From positions 3,980,419-4,044,418 of the forward strand of contig MU058198.1 in assembly GCA_013265495.1 (NCBI GenBank): a DNA stretch of 64,000 nucleotides. The letters are read 5' to 3'. Origin of the DNA: Vicugna vicugna (Eukaryota). The notes under the pieces are model-generated. The model saw only the letters and a list, made by a program, of their open reading frames with translations. It had not been told where the DNA came from and ran no database searches. Positions 27,690 to 40,518 of the stretch are shown in pieces (position 1 is the first letter of the stretch; every line of letters begins with the position of its first letter). A program made the translations under genes and the position numbers.

Positions 27690-29240
27690 GGGGAGTAGCC
27701 GGCCGCCCCTCCGCGGTGGAAACCAGCATAGCAGCAGCTGAAATCTGAACTCCCCTCCGGAACCCCTGTGAGCCGGTCCTCTTCGCAGCCTCCCCCCTCC
27801 CGCCCTTTGAGCCAGATGGTTTCTTCCGTTCTCCCGGCTGGTTCAGGTTCCGCGCTCGGGAGTCACAAAGCGCGGGGTCACGTGGGCGGGCCGGTGCGCT
27901 TTGTGACGCCGCGGGCCCCGCCCCTCGGCCCGCCTATCGGCGCACGCCAGCCCCGCCCCACGCGCGCCGCCCGTGCAATCCCTGCTTAAGAGACCCCGGA
28001 GTGGGGCGCTTGCCCGAAGCCAGGCCGCGTCCGCCATAGTGCCTGGCTTGGAGGTGTCGCCGGCGCCTGGTGAGGGCCCGAGAGCGGCAGGGGGGCGAGA
28101 CAAAAAGGGAGCCGGCGGAGCCCTCGCCGTTGCCCGGCGGTTTCCGGGCCTAATCTCGCGGTACCGGGCCGGAAGGCGACGGGAGCGAAAGGCGAGAGAA
28201 GCGCGGAGCACTCGGCGAGAGGAAGCGTCAGGGAGCCTCGGCGGCGTCGCCAGGGTCCGCCGAAGCCCCCCCGGCCGCGGGCTGGGGCCCGGGGTGGTGA
28301 GGAAGCGCTGCGAGGCCTAGCCGAGGCCTAGTACCGGCTTTGTGTCTGAGGCGGCGTTGGCGGCGGCGGCGGCGGGGGGGAGGCGGAGCCGGAGCCGGGG
28401 GCGGCCTGCGGGAAGGCCTCTCCTCCGCCGACCGCGCGTTTCGGCCTAGGCCGCGGGGCCGCTCGGGGCCTCCGGGGAGCAGGCGCCAGGGGTCTGTGTG
28501 TGGTGGGGGCCTGGGCCTGGGCCTGGGGAAGCCGACGCCGGTCGTCCGGAAGCCGGGAGGAGGCGAGAGGCCGCTCGTGGACTCCGGGCCTAGGCCCTCT
28601 CCCCTCAACCTTCTCCCGGGGCCTGGGTCACCCCCATCCACGGAGAGAGAGACCATCCGGGAGGTGCGGCCGCGCTATGGACCCCTGACCCCGCGGGGTC
28701 ATTCGGACTCTAACGTGTGGACTGACCGCTACTGACTGCACCGCCTGCCCCCGTCGCCTGCCGGCCCTTATTATGAGCGAGGGGGACCCAGCCGGGTGAC
28801 ATTGTGCCCGTTGGCGGATTCTCGCTTGCCCCCTTCCCGGTCCTCGTCCGCCTCCTCCCACATGAAGCGATTCTGAATATCCGGGGGGGTTCTGGATTAT
28901 TGTTTTTACGAACCCCTGCTTGTGGTTGGGGGGTTATTTAATCTGAGGCCTTAGGGTCCTGTCTCTGAGTGTTTTGTGTGTGTACATATTTTGCTCTTAA
29001 GTTTATAAATACACATATATTGAGAGTGTCCACGTCTCCTCGCTGAACCTTAGGAATCCTTTGGCACCATGTCCTGTGTGCATTATAAGTTTTCCTCTAA
29101 ACTCAACTATGATACCGTCACCTTTGATGGGCTCCACATCTCCCTCTGCGACTTAAAGAAGCAGATTATGGGGAGAGAGAAGCTGAAGGCTGCCGACTGC
29201 GACCTGCAGATCACCAACGCGCAGACGAAAGAAGGTAAGA
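27690..29240. promoter_or_regulatory. RBBP6: CpG-island promoter and 5' leader of RBBP6
   Basis: Very high GC and CpG density. E-box CACGTG at 27879-27884, GC box GGGCGG at 27884-27889, further CCGCCC copies, YY1-like CCGCCATAGT at 28031-28040. Confidence 0.92.
29069..29234 (+). CDS. RBBP6: RBBP6 coding exon 1 (DWNN N-terminal part)
   Basis: Kozak gcaccATG; MSCVHYKFSSK...NAQTKE; donor G|GTAAGA; 166 nt. Confidence 0.97.
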
Positions 29241-32200
29241 GCCGTCTGGGCTCCACATCCTTGCTGGTTGAAGATAGATGCTGGTGGTGAGGTGCCTGGC
29301 AGGAGACTAACCGCCATCACGTCTCTTGTGGGACTGCCCGTTCTAACACTTTTCGTACGACTTTCATTGATAGCCAAGTGTTGCAGCTGTCGACCTTCGA
29401 GTTTTAACTGACTTACTTGATTTCTGCGTACTTGGATCATCCGGAACAGGCTAATCCCCAATCTTGGAACTTTGATTATTCCTCCCCAATGCTTTTTAAA
29501 TGAACATTTTGGTGGCATAGGGTCGCGGTGTCGTCCAGGTTCTTTGGGTGCTTGCCCTGGAGCATCTTCTAACCTTTTTTTCATCAGGAGAAGAGGAGAG
29601 CATAAGCAAGGCTTCTTTCTTATTTGTTAAAGCAGCGCTAGAGAGACTTCTCTAACTGTCTATCCTAACAGCGTTTGGGGGTTTAATGACAAATTTTATG
29701 TGTTTTTCTCCTTCCTTTCATTAGTTAGCCCCTAATTTTAATTTTGGAGTTGCCTGGTTTGTGGAGAGAGATGAGATCCTCACTTTCTTGTTTTTGAGGA
29801 TTTAATCCAGCCAGTCTTTAAATGTTGAAATTGGCTTTTGAAATTTGGTATGTTCTGATGTGATCACTTGTGTGTGTAAATTCCAGAATTAGTAATACAG
29901 TAATTAAGTAGTTGAACTCTTCATCACATTACTTTTAAAGTTTAGCAATTTCATAAATATCAGAAGTACAGATTTTTCTTTTTTAACATAGTAATTGCTA
30001 GACTTTACATGATTATGTTGATACCAGGATACTGGAAAATAGTAGGCTGCTACCATATGAGTATAAATAAGCCACTTTTTAAGTTTGCTTTTTTTCTTAT
30101 TTATTTTTTTTTAAGTTTCCCCTCTTTTTTGAAGCATTTTATATAATAAGAATTTAATAAAGATATGAGAACTTGACAAAATGGCCTTTACAGTTCTGAC
30201 TCTGAACTTGTTTTGGTTTCTTTTTCTCGGTACTGTAATGCTGATGTGTAATTTTTAGTAGGTCAGTCTTTTGAGTTTTATTGATGGGATGAGAAGAAAA
30301 GTGAAGTTCTAATTAGCGTATTTTATTGATCACTGAATTTGGCTTAAGGTGTGACTTGGGTTCTTTTAGTTGAAATTGAAGGGGGGTCCCCCACTTCTGG
30401 TGTATAGTTTTGTAGGTAGAATAAATCTTGTTATGTACAAGAGCTGTTTTCTATTTACATCCAGACATAAGTGTAGTTCTATTATGTTAAGAAACAGCAC
30501 TACCCGTGCCTATCACGATTCAGAAATAATAAGGAAGAACTTTATTTGCTCACATAACACGTGAAAGAATATTCTTTACTTACCCCCTTTTTTCAATGTA
30601 TCATAACAAAGGGACACTTCATGTAAGGCTTTGGTAATTGTAATTTTGTGTAGCATCCCTCTACTTGAGAGGAAATATTGTTGGTGATCGTGAACATTTG
30701 AGAGAAACAGCTTTTTAAAATATTCAAGAAAATACCTTAAAGGAAATATTCTTTCCTTGAGGAACATTATAGTCACACTTAACAGAAGAGAAGGTAGGCC
30801 ATCTTGATATGTTATTGTTAATTAAGGAATGAGAGGAAGGAAAATATAAGTGAAATTGGAGAATATTATAGCAGTTTAAACTCTCATATACCATGTAAGT
30901 TTCATATTTTACTAGAGTATAACATGATTTACTCATTTGGGGCTAGACTTTGTCTTTTCCACCTAATAATTGATTACAACTTTGTTAGACTGGAGTAAAT
31001 TATGGTTGATGGAATTCTTGTCCACTCTGAATTTTGTGATATGTTATTTTTCTCCTAAGCCAGGAAATTATGTGATACATTACTATGCAGACGCTGAAAG
31101 CAGAGAAGTGCTTTGCCCAGCAGCATATTTTTTTTATTTGTGAACTGTTATTATTGGAGGAAACTTTGCTATTATTCTTGGTTAAGAGAAAATTCTTATC
31201 TCATATGATCCTCAAATTAGGAGAGAAAAAGTTACCTAGTCACTTAATGAGTTTTATGGGAAATAGTATCCAGTGTCAGAAGGCAGCTGATTAAGAATGC
31301 CACTTGGTTTCAGCACCATCTAGTGAATTAAAGAGGACAGAATAAATATAGCTTCATAGTTAGGAGATTGCCTAGGAAAGAATGCCGAACTGGATCACTT
31401 AAGTTTGTTTGAATTTATATTTAAATTACCTAATCTATCACGTTTCTATAAAACATTCCTTGCAGTTTTAGAAATTTGTCCATGTTTAGGACTCTTTTAT
31501 CTTGATTAGACAAAAATGCTTGGATCAGAATTTCATGTTTTAGATTTGAGAATCCTGCTTTATTTCTAGGCTCTATTTCAGAATGAATCTCAAATTATCT
31601 TTTTATATGGTTGTCCTGTATAAACTAGTTTTCCTACTTTTCTGCTTATTAGCAATCCCTTCTCCTCCTCAGCCCCGCCAAACGGAAAAACAAACCAGCA
31701 AAACAACCTTTATTCTGAACTTAGTGTGAAAGATTGGGAAGCTGAGGATGAAGTATTTTCAAAATACTGTTTCTCCATTTCTTAAATTCATCTTGTTTTA
31801 TATTTCATCCATGGTCTTCATGCTTTTGGATCAAAAATGACGCTGTTGGACCCTTTAAAAGGGTCTTTTGAAGTTAGTAGGCTACTTGTTAAGGAGGTAT
31901 TTTAAGACTAGGAAATCATCAATGTAATTCAGTTACTTAAAAGGTCAATTAGAGAACATCTGGCGTCAGGGGACCAGACTTTAAGCTTGACACACTACTG
32001 TGCTGATCAGATGAGTAAGTTGTCTTAGAAAGTGATCCATGAACACATTCGCTACTTGTTCCCACAGTGAACTCTTTTGGCTTAGAAACTTAACTGTCAG
32101 GTGTTTGACACCAAGTTTTGCTTCTAGAATTTTTCAAAGATCCCTTATCTCCCCTGCTCCTAATTTTTCTTACTCAGAGCTTGCTTGGCATTTGGGATTA

Positions 32201-33725
32201 TCATGAACTATCCAATAGATAATGATGATTGTCTTACATTGGTATGCCTGAATTCGGGAAATTGCATCACTTTAATCGGATACTTGTAAAGATACAGCCT
32301 ACTACTTAAAATGTACTGAAGAGTCCTTTCCTGAACAGTTTAGTTTATCATAGGAAATGCTAATAGTATGATTAAAAATAATAGAGCTGATATATATATG
32401 TATATATGTATATAAAAGCTTAAGTAACTTAAGTAAACTCAGTTAAGAGTGATCCCTAATACCTGATGGTGTGATTAAGGGGGATGGGTACATTTTGTTA
32501 TCTATCTCCCTGTAGTGGATTATTTTTGTTTTTTGTAGTTTTATGAGTTCCTTTCTTGGCAATTTTTTTTAACACCATAGTAGAAGTCATTGATCCAGTT
32601 TCTTTTTTAATTTCATTCTTTCAGAAGAAGTATTGCAAATAATAGACCGAAGAATAGAAAAATCCTTCTTTCCTCTCTCTTCTCAGAAAGTGACATCTCT
32701 TCATCCTGTTGCCTAAGCCAGGAACCCCGAAATTCATGCCAGATTCCCTTTTCCTTCATTCCGCACTCCCACCCCAAACCATCTGAAAGCCTTATCTATT
32801 TCTCTGTCACGTTCCAGAACATCGTTTATTCTGTTCTTACCTGAACTACAGTGCAGTTAACCTTATTAGTCACCCTGTTTCTATTCTTGTTCCCTTGCAG
32901 GTTCATTCTCCACTTAGATACCAGAGTTATCCTTTTTGTTTCGAATGTAGATTAGATTGTCATCATTTTTGTTTAAAATCCTTCAATGACTTCCTATTGT
33001 AGTCAGAAACAAAATATAAATATATATATATGTATGTATGTATATATAAATTTTTACTTTTCTACCTGTATTTTCAAGTCATTCTTTTATTTTCATCAGC
33101 TCTTCTGGCCTTTTTGGGTAATTTTTTCACATGCTTTTCTGTCTGAAACACTCTTTGCCAGCTTTTTGGCACATCTGGCTAGCTTCTTAAGTCTTCTAGT
33201 GTCAAATGTCACTTCCTCAGGGGGCCTTCCTTGAATCAACATTCTATCCAAAGTTGCATCTCACTTTTAGTTCTTTATTACAAAACCTTTCTGTGTTTGA
33301 AATGTGTCATAATTGAATTTTTTTCATCTGTCCCCCTATGTTTAGGGCCTCAGGGAAGGAAAGTGTTTTCATTCTAAATAACAGCTTTCTCTCATAGTTC
33401 AGATGTTCAGCTTTACTGGCTAAATAAACTAGAGAATGACTTGGTCTTACTGAGATTTGGGGTTCCACAAAAGTAGAGGTGCCAGAACCAAGAACCTGCT
33501 GACACTATTTGGTGTCCTTTGAAGAGAAAGAAGTCATTTATGGCTTTGGATATTTGTTCTGACAGTATCAGTAATCTAGATGCAAGGAACATGTAGTTAT
33601 TAATGCTCCTCTATATTTAAGATCATTTCCCATAAAATTTATGTTTGAAGTTTTCTAATTCTTGAAACCTATGATTTACCCAAATCCCCAAGAAGAAATT
33701 CAACTCTTTATCTTTTTATTTACAG

Positions 33726-33825
33726 AATATACTGATGATAATGCTCTAATTCCTAAGAATTCATCTGTAATTGTTAGAAGAATTCCTATTGGAGGTGTTA
33801 AATCTACAAGCAAGACATATGTTAT
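33726..33825 (+). CDS. RBBP6: RBBP6 exon 2 (DWNN C-terminal part, RRIPIGG di-glycine)
   Basis: Acceptor tttacag|; EYTDDNALIPKNSSVIVRRIPIGGVKSTSKTYV; donor AT|GTAAGT; 100 nt. Confidence 0.96.
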
Positions 33826-36020
33826 GTAAGTATCAAATCCCATGTCTAAGTTCTCAAGATAAACTTTTTATTTTGTGAGAAGGAACAGTATATTTTAGAA
33901 CTGAACCCATTGCTTTATCCTAATAAGTATATTTTCTTAACCTTTAAAATTATGAGGATGAGTTTGTTTTTTCCTAATTTCTTCCCGCAGTTAACCTGTA
34001 GTTAGGAGTAAAAGCCATTAGAAAGACGTTTTTCTCTATGTAGGTAATATTTACAAAGATGAGAAAATGATGTTCAAATTAGTGAGTAAATATTTCTGTC
34101 CCCTTCTTTGGTTTTGATCTGCCTGCACACTTTTTTTCACTACCATTTTTCCACTAAAATGTATGTTAAGTGTCTTAAGAGAGCTGTCCTAAATGTTGTC
34201 GGCATCAAGAGTGTTCAATAATGCTAACATTTGCTCCTCATCAGTAAATGGAGCTTTTGTTGGGAAGCTGTAGTGTTCACAGGATTTATGAGCACAGACA
34301 CTGGAATCAGGTTTAGGTTTGACTCCATTTACTGCTTCACACCAGTTGTATTACTTTGGATAAGTTACCCAAAGTCTGTACCTCATATTCTTTAAAATAA
34401 AATATGATACAGATATTTAACTCAAGGGAGTTGTAGGAATTAAATAGAGCCTGGCACATGGTAAATGCCCTTTATTGGAGTAAGAACAGAGCACTAACTT
34501 AGGAGTAGTCTAGAGCTTAAGATAGTCACTAAAGGGGCAGGATTAAAACTTTTATCTAACTTTCTGTGCTTTCTTGCAATATAAATGATGATAACAGAAT
34601 TATGATATGTGAAAAGGGTAGCAGCTCAGGCTATTTAAAGGGTAGTGATTTTTACTTAGAGGTTAAGGAGACTTACTTTAAATTCTGGCAAATTCTGCTT
34701 TTGGTCAGTAAAAAATACTGGAATTTGCCAGTCCTGAGAAATGGAATGTGTTCTTGGAATTGAGGTAAAATAAAGTCATTTCCTAGAGCTTTATATCTCA
34801 TGTGTGGGCAAGTTTTCATTCTAAGAATATTCACTTTAGTTTAGTGCAGTTATGTTCCATATCTTAACATTTGGAGATTCTTTTGTATAGTAATAACTTA
34901 AAAAGCTGAATCCTTTTTTTTCCCTGTAAATACCAAGTGAACTATGTGCCTTAAAAGTGCTTTTTAAAAAATAATGAACATTCAGTTTTAGTAGATTTTT
35001 TGATATTCAGAGACTTTTGGGGAGAGAATTGTTTAAAGTACATGGGAAAATAGTTGCTTCTTACAGAATTGCATGTTTATTCACTACGTATATGATTCTT
35101 TTTTAAAATATATTTGCCCCATAAAATGCTTTTGAGTTTGTTGAGCAAATACTGGTAAATGAAAATTTCATTTTTATCTCAGGACTTGCAAATCATGTAC
35201 AAACTTAGAAACTCCTTTCATATACTATCTAACATTTCTCTGTAGCCAGGATAGCATAAACTTAAAACTAAAACTAAGCCTTTAAAGGCTATATTTTAGC
35301 AACTCAACCGTTGTCCCCTTTCCTGTGTGAACTTTTAAAGGAATTACTTCTTGAGCTTATTTGTGTATGTGCTTCTGAAAATCAATTGTTCAATTCTCCA
35401 TAACCATTTGACTCTAACTTATTCTTTTAACTTAAATACTCTGTGAGACTGTGCTGGATTTTTCTGGAAGTTAGAATTCTTATTTACTCTTTGGTCATTG
35501 TCTTGAGACTTTAAGATTAAACTGCCAACCTGTCTTCATGGATTTGAAATTTAGTTTTTGGACCACAGCAGTTTCTTAGATCGAAATTACAAAATGTTAA
35601 CATTGATCTTGCTTTAAGGAAATTTTGTTGTATGAAAATTCACATCTGTACCTATTTAAAAACTGGGGAATAATATAATTGTTCAGTCTATTAAGAAATG
35701 ACCACAAAATTTCTTAAATAACAAAATCCTCATACTGCCTTTCAGAAAACATGTATTATAAGTGGCAAGATACATACCTATTCTAGAATTCCCCAGTATG
35801 GATTTTTTTTTTTTAAACCAGTAATGCATTTTAAACTGTTCAGATAGTAAAGACTGGTCAAGGTGGTGTATTTGTTACTTTGGAAATTGGCTGTTTTTAA
35901 ATCTTTGTGCCAAGGAAAAATTATGTTCCTAAAAATGTGTGATCAGAGAAGTGTTTTTAGCCCAAAAATTCATTAAAAGTTACAGATAACTAATGCTATG
36001 TTTCTTTTTGTTTTTTTTAG

Positions 36021-36057
36021 AAGTCGAACTGAACCAGTGATGGGAACTTCAAAAGCA
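36021..36057 (+). CDS. RBBP6: RBBP6 exon 3
   Basis: Acceptor ttttttag|; ISRTEPVMGTSKA; donor GCA|GTATGT; 37 nt. Confidence 0.95.
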
Positions 36058-36111
36058 GTATGTAAAAACACAATCTCACACTTTTTCTACACATTGTTTT
36101 TACCTTTATAA
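36021..36111 (+). CDS. RBBP6: Extended terminal exon 3 of the short DWNN isoform (isoform 3, 118 aa)
   Basis: Reading through the exon 3 donor adds VCKNTISHFFYTLFLPL* (TAA 36109-36111); 101+17 = 118 aa, the known size of RBBP6 isoform 3. Confidence 0.9.
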
Positions 36112-36168
36112 TGTAGCAGTGAAGTAAATCATTTTAGATCTTAATATCCAACTGATCATAGTTCATAT

Positions 36169-36545
36169 TGTAAATAAAATGTATTTTGATGACAGCTCAG
36201 TTGAATATGGATATATGTGGCATAATTTGCACACTTTATTTTGTAGAAATGGGTAATTTGTGCCTGAAAAGCACTGTTTCATATTAAATATGATAGCATT
36301 CTCCCTGTATGACGCTGTGTTGTACAGTTAATGTATGATCCTCTCTAGATCATGTAGGTTTTACACTAATGAACATGGTGACATGTTCTACATCTGTCTG
36401 TCTATAGTTAGTATTTTGTATGTATGTACAGGCTGTTGTGTGCTTTTTGTTTCTTGCAATAAAAAAATGTTTGGAGTGTATATTTTGCCATTTTCACGTT
36501 GTATCACTTAGTTTTTTTGGTTTTTGGTTTTTTTTTTTTCTGCCT
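36169..36545 (+). terminator. RBBP6: Intronic polyadenylation region of the short isoform
   Basis: AATAAA at 36173-36178 and 36458-36463; many TGTA motifs upstream of the second; T/GT-rich tract at about 36510-36540. Confidence 0.8.
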
Positions 36546-39500
36546 GACTGATGGCTTTGAAAAATGCATTAGCAACATCCAAAGCTTATATTTAAAGTTT
36601 GATGCTTTCTCCAAGTTGAGACACATCATAGAAAAGAGATTTACAGAGACCATTGATGCAGCTTTTATTTGGTTTTGCTTTATTTGGCAATTTTGAGCTC
36701 CTATTCTTTGTTTATATCTGTATTACAAAGGAAACCTGAAATTGGGCCCCCTACAAGTATATCAGTGTCTCGTCGATGATTTTGATGATTTTATACAGTT
36801 GAATGCATCATTCTCAAATTTTAATAGCGGTCTTCCACTTCTAGTCTGCTCAGTTGTCCCAATCTAAATATTTCCCCCTTTCTCATAAGCTATTAAAATG
36901 CTGCATTAATTGTAAGCTGTCTAAAAGCTGTAGCTTATCAAAGGTAACTCCCCTTAACCAGGGTAATATCTTAATTTTTATTATCATGGATTACCCTTAA
37001 GTATGACACCATTTTGACTTTGAGCTTTTAAGTAAAAGGCAGCAGCATTCCTAAGTTGTGGGGTGAAACATTGTTTCAGAACAGAGGTCTGGAGTAATTG
37101 GGTTCTGTAAACTTGATGGTTCTCTAAACATTTGACTACTCAGGCTTGATTTGTACACAATACAAGATGTTTGAAATCTTCACTTAGAATTTAAGGGTAT
37201 CGCTTGCTGTTTCACTTTATCCTTTTTAAATACTACTGATCTTTAATTGTGTATCAGGCATTTCACTAACCTGGGATCATTGGATCTTAAACATGATAAC
37301 ATAGAATATCTGAACTTTGGACTTGTTCTCTGAAGTATATGGCCTTTAGTTCTCATGGAACTAAATATAGTACTTCAAAAATCAAAACTTAGTGTTGGGG
37401 GATTTTTTTTTTCCCTCCTTGGGGTATATGGGTTTTTTTTCTTTTTCTTTTTCTTTTTTTAAGCATGATGCTGTAAAAAGTGTCCAAAAGTTTGTTTTGC
37501 TGGTAATTGGTTTAAACTGATTTTTATGTATCCAAATGCTAGCACAAATTAGATTGACTATCCTGGTGACTGTAGTAGTTAATGTAACACATTTTGTATA
37601 AAGTACATTTTTATATAGTATTTAAACTAATTCAGATGAAGTTTTATTTCTTGAAAAGAATTATTTCCTTTTTGTTTATTAGCATGTGTATAAACACAGA
37701 TCACATGTTCATAAATAAAGTTAACATTCTATTAGCCTTGTGTGTTCCCTGGCATGTCTGTATTACACTTATAAGAAGCAGTTTATTTTATGCTTATTTT
37801 AGGTTTCTCTTTTCTTTCTTCTTTTTTTAAAAAATAACTTTAAAAATGGCTTTAATTTTTAGGTAGAATTATTTAAAGTGGAGACATTAGATAACTTAAT
37901 AGCCCCGTCATTTATTTGCTTGGGGTACTTTTGCTGACATTTAGGATTTGAAAGAATAAATTCATAAAGCATAATTAGTACCCATCTTAGGAGACTTGTG
38001 TGTGTTATACACACAAAGCCAATTATGACAGAATCACTAAACCAGATTTTTAAATTCTGATTACTAAAATAAATTATTTACATTTTTGGTAACTTTTAAG
38101 TCAGCTCTAATCAAGGATGGCTGTTTCTGTCTATATTCTACGGCTTTGTCATTTGTAGTCATCCTTTCATGTTGGTACTCCAAAGCTGTAGGTTCTTCCT
38201 GCTAACTAAACATCTGAATTACATTTTGTAAGACCCTTTAATTTCAAGCACATGTATAGTTGGCATAAATTTTTAGATTCTTGCTCCCAGAAGCAAGACC
38301 ACAAATTAGATGTAAGGAGGTGGGTTGATCTTAATGATGTCTGTAGTGTGCATTGATCAGTTTTTTGGAAACTACTTTTTTTAAGTAGGTTTTTTTTTAA
38401 TCTGAAAGTTACTATATCAGTGTATAGTACATATAAATTCATCGTCATTTTTAAACTGCTCCTTGTTGGCATTTTACACCTCTCTCTTAATACCTTGCTG
38501 TATGTAGAAAACAGTTGGATGGCTTTCTAAATTTGTGGTAAATTTGACTTCCTTGTGCATTACAAAGTATTGAAGTGCTATGGTGATTATTTGGTGGAAA
38601 AAATGATTTAGATGCTGTTGAATATCTGAAACCACTTTTAACTAAATAAACACACAATAACTAATAACAAGTTGGCAGAAAGCTAAAAGAAAAGGTAGAA
38701 AAACCCCAGCATAATGACAAGACAGCTGTATCTTAGGAGTGGGAAGAAAGAAGAATATTAGTTTTTTAGTTCCAGCAGTAAAACAGGATAATGTAACTGA
38801 TGGCTTTCTTTCTAAGGAATTAATCAGTATGCATATTCTAGATAGTAGTGGGCTATTTTTAAAGGCTCTTAGTTTGTTTCATTGGTTAGAAGCATAGTGT
38901 AGATGATGATTGACAGCAATTTGTTCATTTCTTGTTACTTAAAATTCAGATAATTCCTAGTTTTGATGTAAAATGTTACCCTCTTCAAAAGAGATTGAAT
39001 AGATCAGAATTTAGTCTGGCTAAAAATAGGCTATTTATGTATTTTTTTTTTCAACTTCCCCCTAGTTCTTTAAGGAAAGAACACTTCGAAGCTGAACTAG
39101 AGTGAGAACCCACTGGTGGATTATATGGTTAGGATTGTAGGATTAGTGCTTATGGACCCTATAGTCTCTTAATGTGGAGCTAAGAACCTTTTGTTTAAAA
39201 TCCCAATAATACTATCCAGCAAACTAACTGTTAAAACTCTTAAGATATTGATGAGATATATTTTAAATTTAGCCAGCATTTTAATTTCCATTTATTGAAA
39301 TCCTGTGGTGGGCATTGTGCTAAGAACTTCATGTTGAAACTGGTTTCATTTCTATTTGGGGCTCTTAAGTCTTGCTGCTCTTATTTTTAATACTCTTATA
39401 CTCTTAGTTCCCTGGAATACTTGGAAAAATACATGATGAAGACTCACTTTTTTCCTTTGATCCAGACATCTTGTTACATTCTCTCCATTTTAAAGAAGAA

Positions 39501-40473
39501 TTCTGACCAATAATGCATGAGAAATTTACAACATGTTGAATAAGCAACCCTCTTACTACATTGGAAGCTAATGTTTTCATTTGGGTACACTTGCAGGGAA
39601 ATCGTTAGAGGTACATGCTAAAGGTGTGTGTGTATACATATGCACACACACATAAACACTTTTTTAAAAACTGATATTAACATCTCGAGGACAAATAATG
39701 AAGAATTTTTCAAAGTTACATTTGAAAATACCTTGTTTTGAAGCCCTCTTATATCCAGGTTTAATGCTTGCTCCGTTTGATTAAAATAGTTTTCTTTACT
39801 CTGCATATTAAAGTCCATCCTGTAACTGCTCTGTTAGACCTTGTCCCAGGGTACCTTTTGTTTCCCTTTATTTGGCCTAACACCTTTGCCCTGATAAAAG
39901 CTGCGATTTCTTTGGCAAGAAGTTATTGTTACTTGTATGGGAGAATAAACAAACTTATTCAGACTGAGCAGTACATATTTAAAAAGAGGAAAAAACTAGC
40001 AAATATTTGGGAGTTGTTTTATTAAAGCAATTACCTGAGCCTTTAAAGAGCTCCTTGTTTTTTACAATGTTGTATAATGGCATTACAGGAGTTAAATTTC
40101 TTATACTCTTCTCGTGTACATTGTCTTGAGCACTATCAAATTTAGAGACCATTGATAGACATGAGTCTCTTACTTAGAATTTTTCACCGCTCTGAACAGC
40201 TTTCCTATGTGACATACATACCTTTTTTTAAACCCTGTTTTTTCATTGTAATTGAGCCCCCCTCAACGATCAGCCTTTGCTTACCATATGTGAGATGTGT
40301 GGAAAGGATAAGTGGGGTGAACTACATTTCAGCTTTAAAACAAGATAACATTCTTTAGAAAATTTCTAATAAAATGCCCAGTATTTGAACATAAGTGGCA
40401 GTGGGGACTAAATGATCACTTTCAGATGTTTTCAGTGTGGAACTTGAATGTGTGTTTAATTTTTTGTGAACAG

Positions 40474-40518
40474 ATTGATGACTCTTCTGCGTCTATTTCT
40501 CTGGCCCAGCTTACAAAG
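40474..40518 (+). CDS. RBBP6: RBBP6 exon 4
   Basis: gaacag|IDDSSASISLAQLTK|GTATAT; 45 nt. Confidence 0.93.

Noticed and set aside
27768..28861. Overlapping Arg/Pro/Gly-rich ORFs on both strands
   Set aside because: Expected from stop-codon depletion in a CpG island; many use non-ATG starts; no recognisable domains.
31849..31865. Histone 3' stem-loop-like palindrome (minus strand CAAAAGACCCTTTTAAAGGGTCCAAC) in intron 1
   Set aside because: The second stem base is A rather than the invariant G, the loop is 5 nt not 4, and no histone ORF is adjacent.
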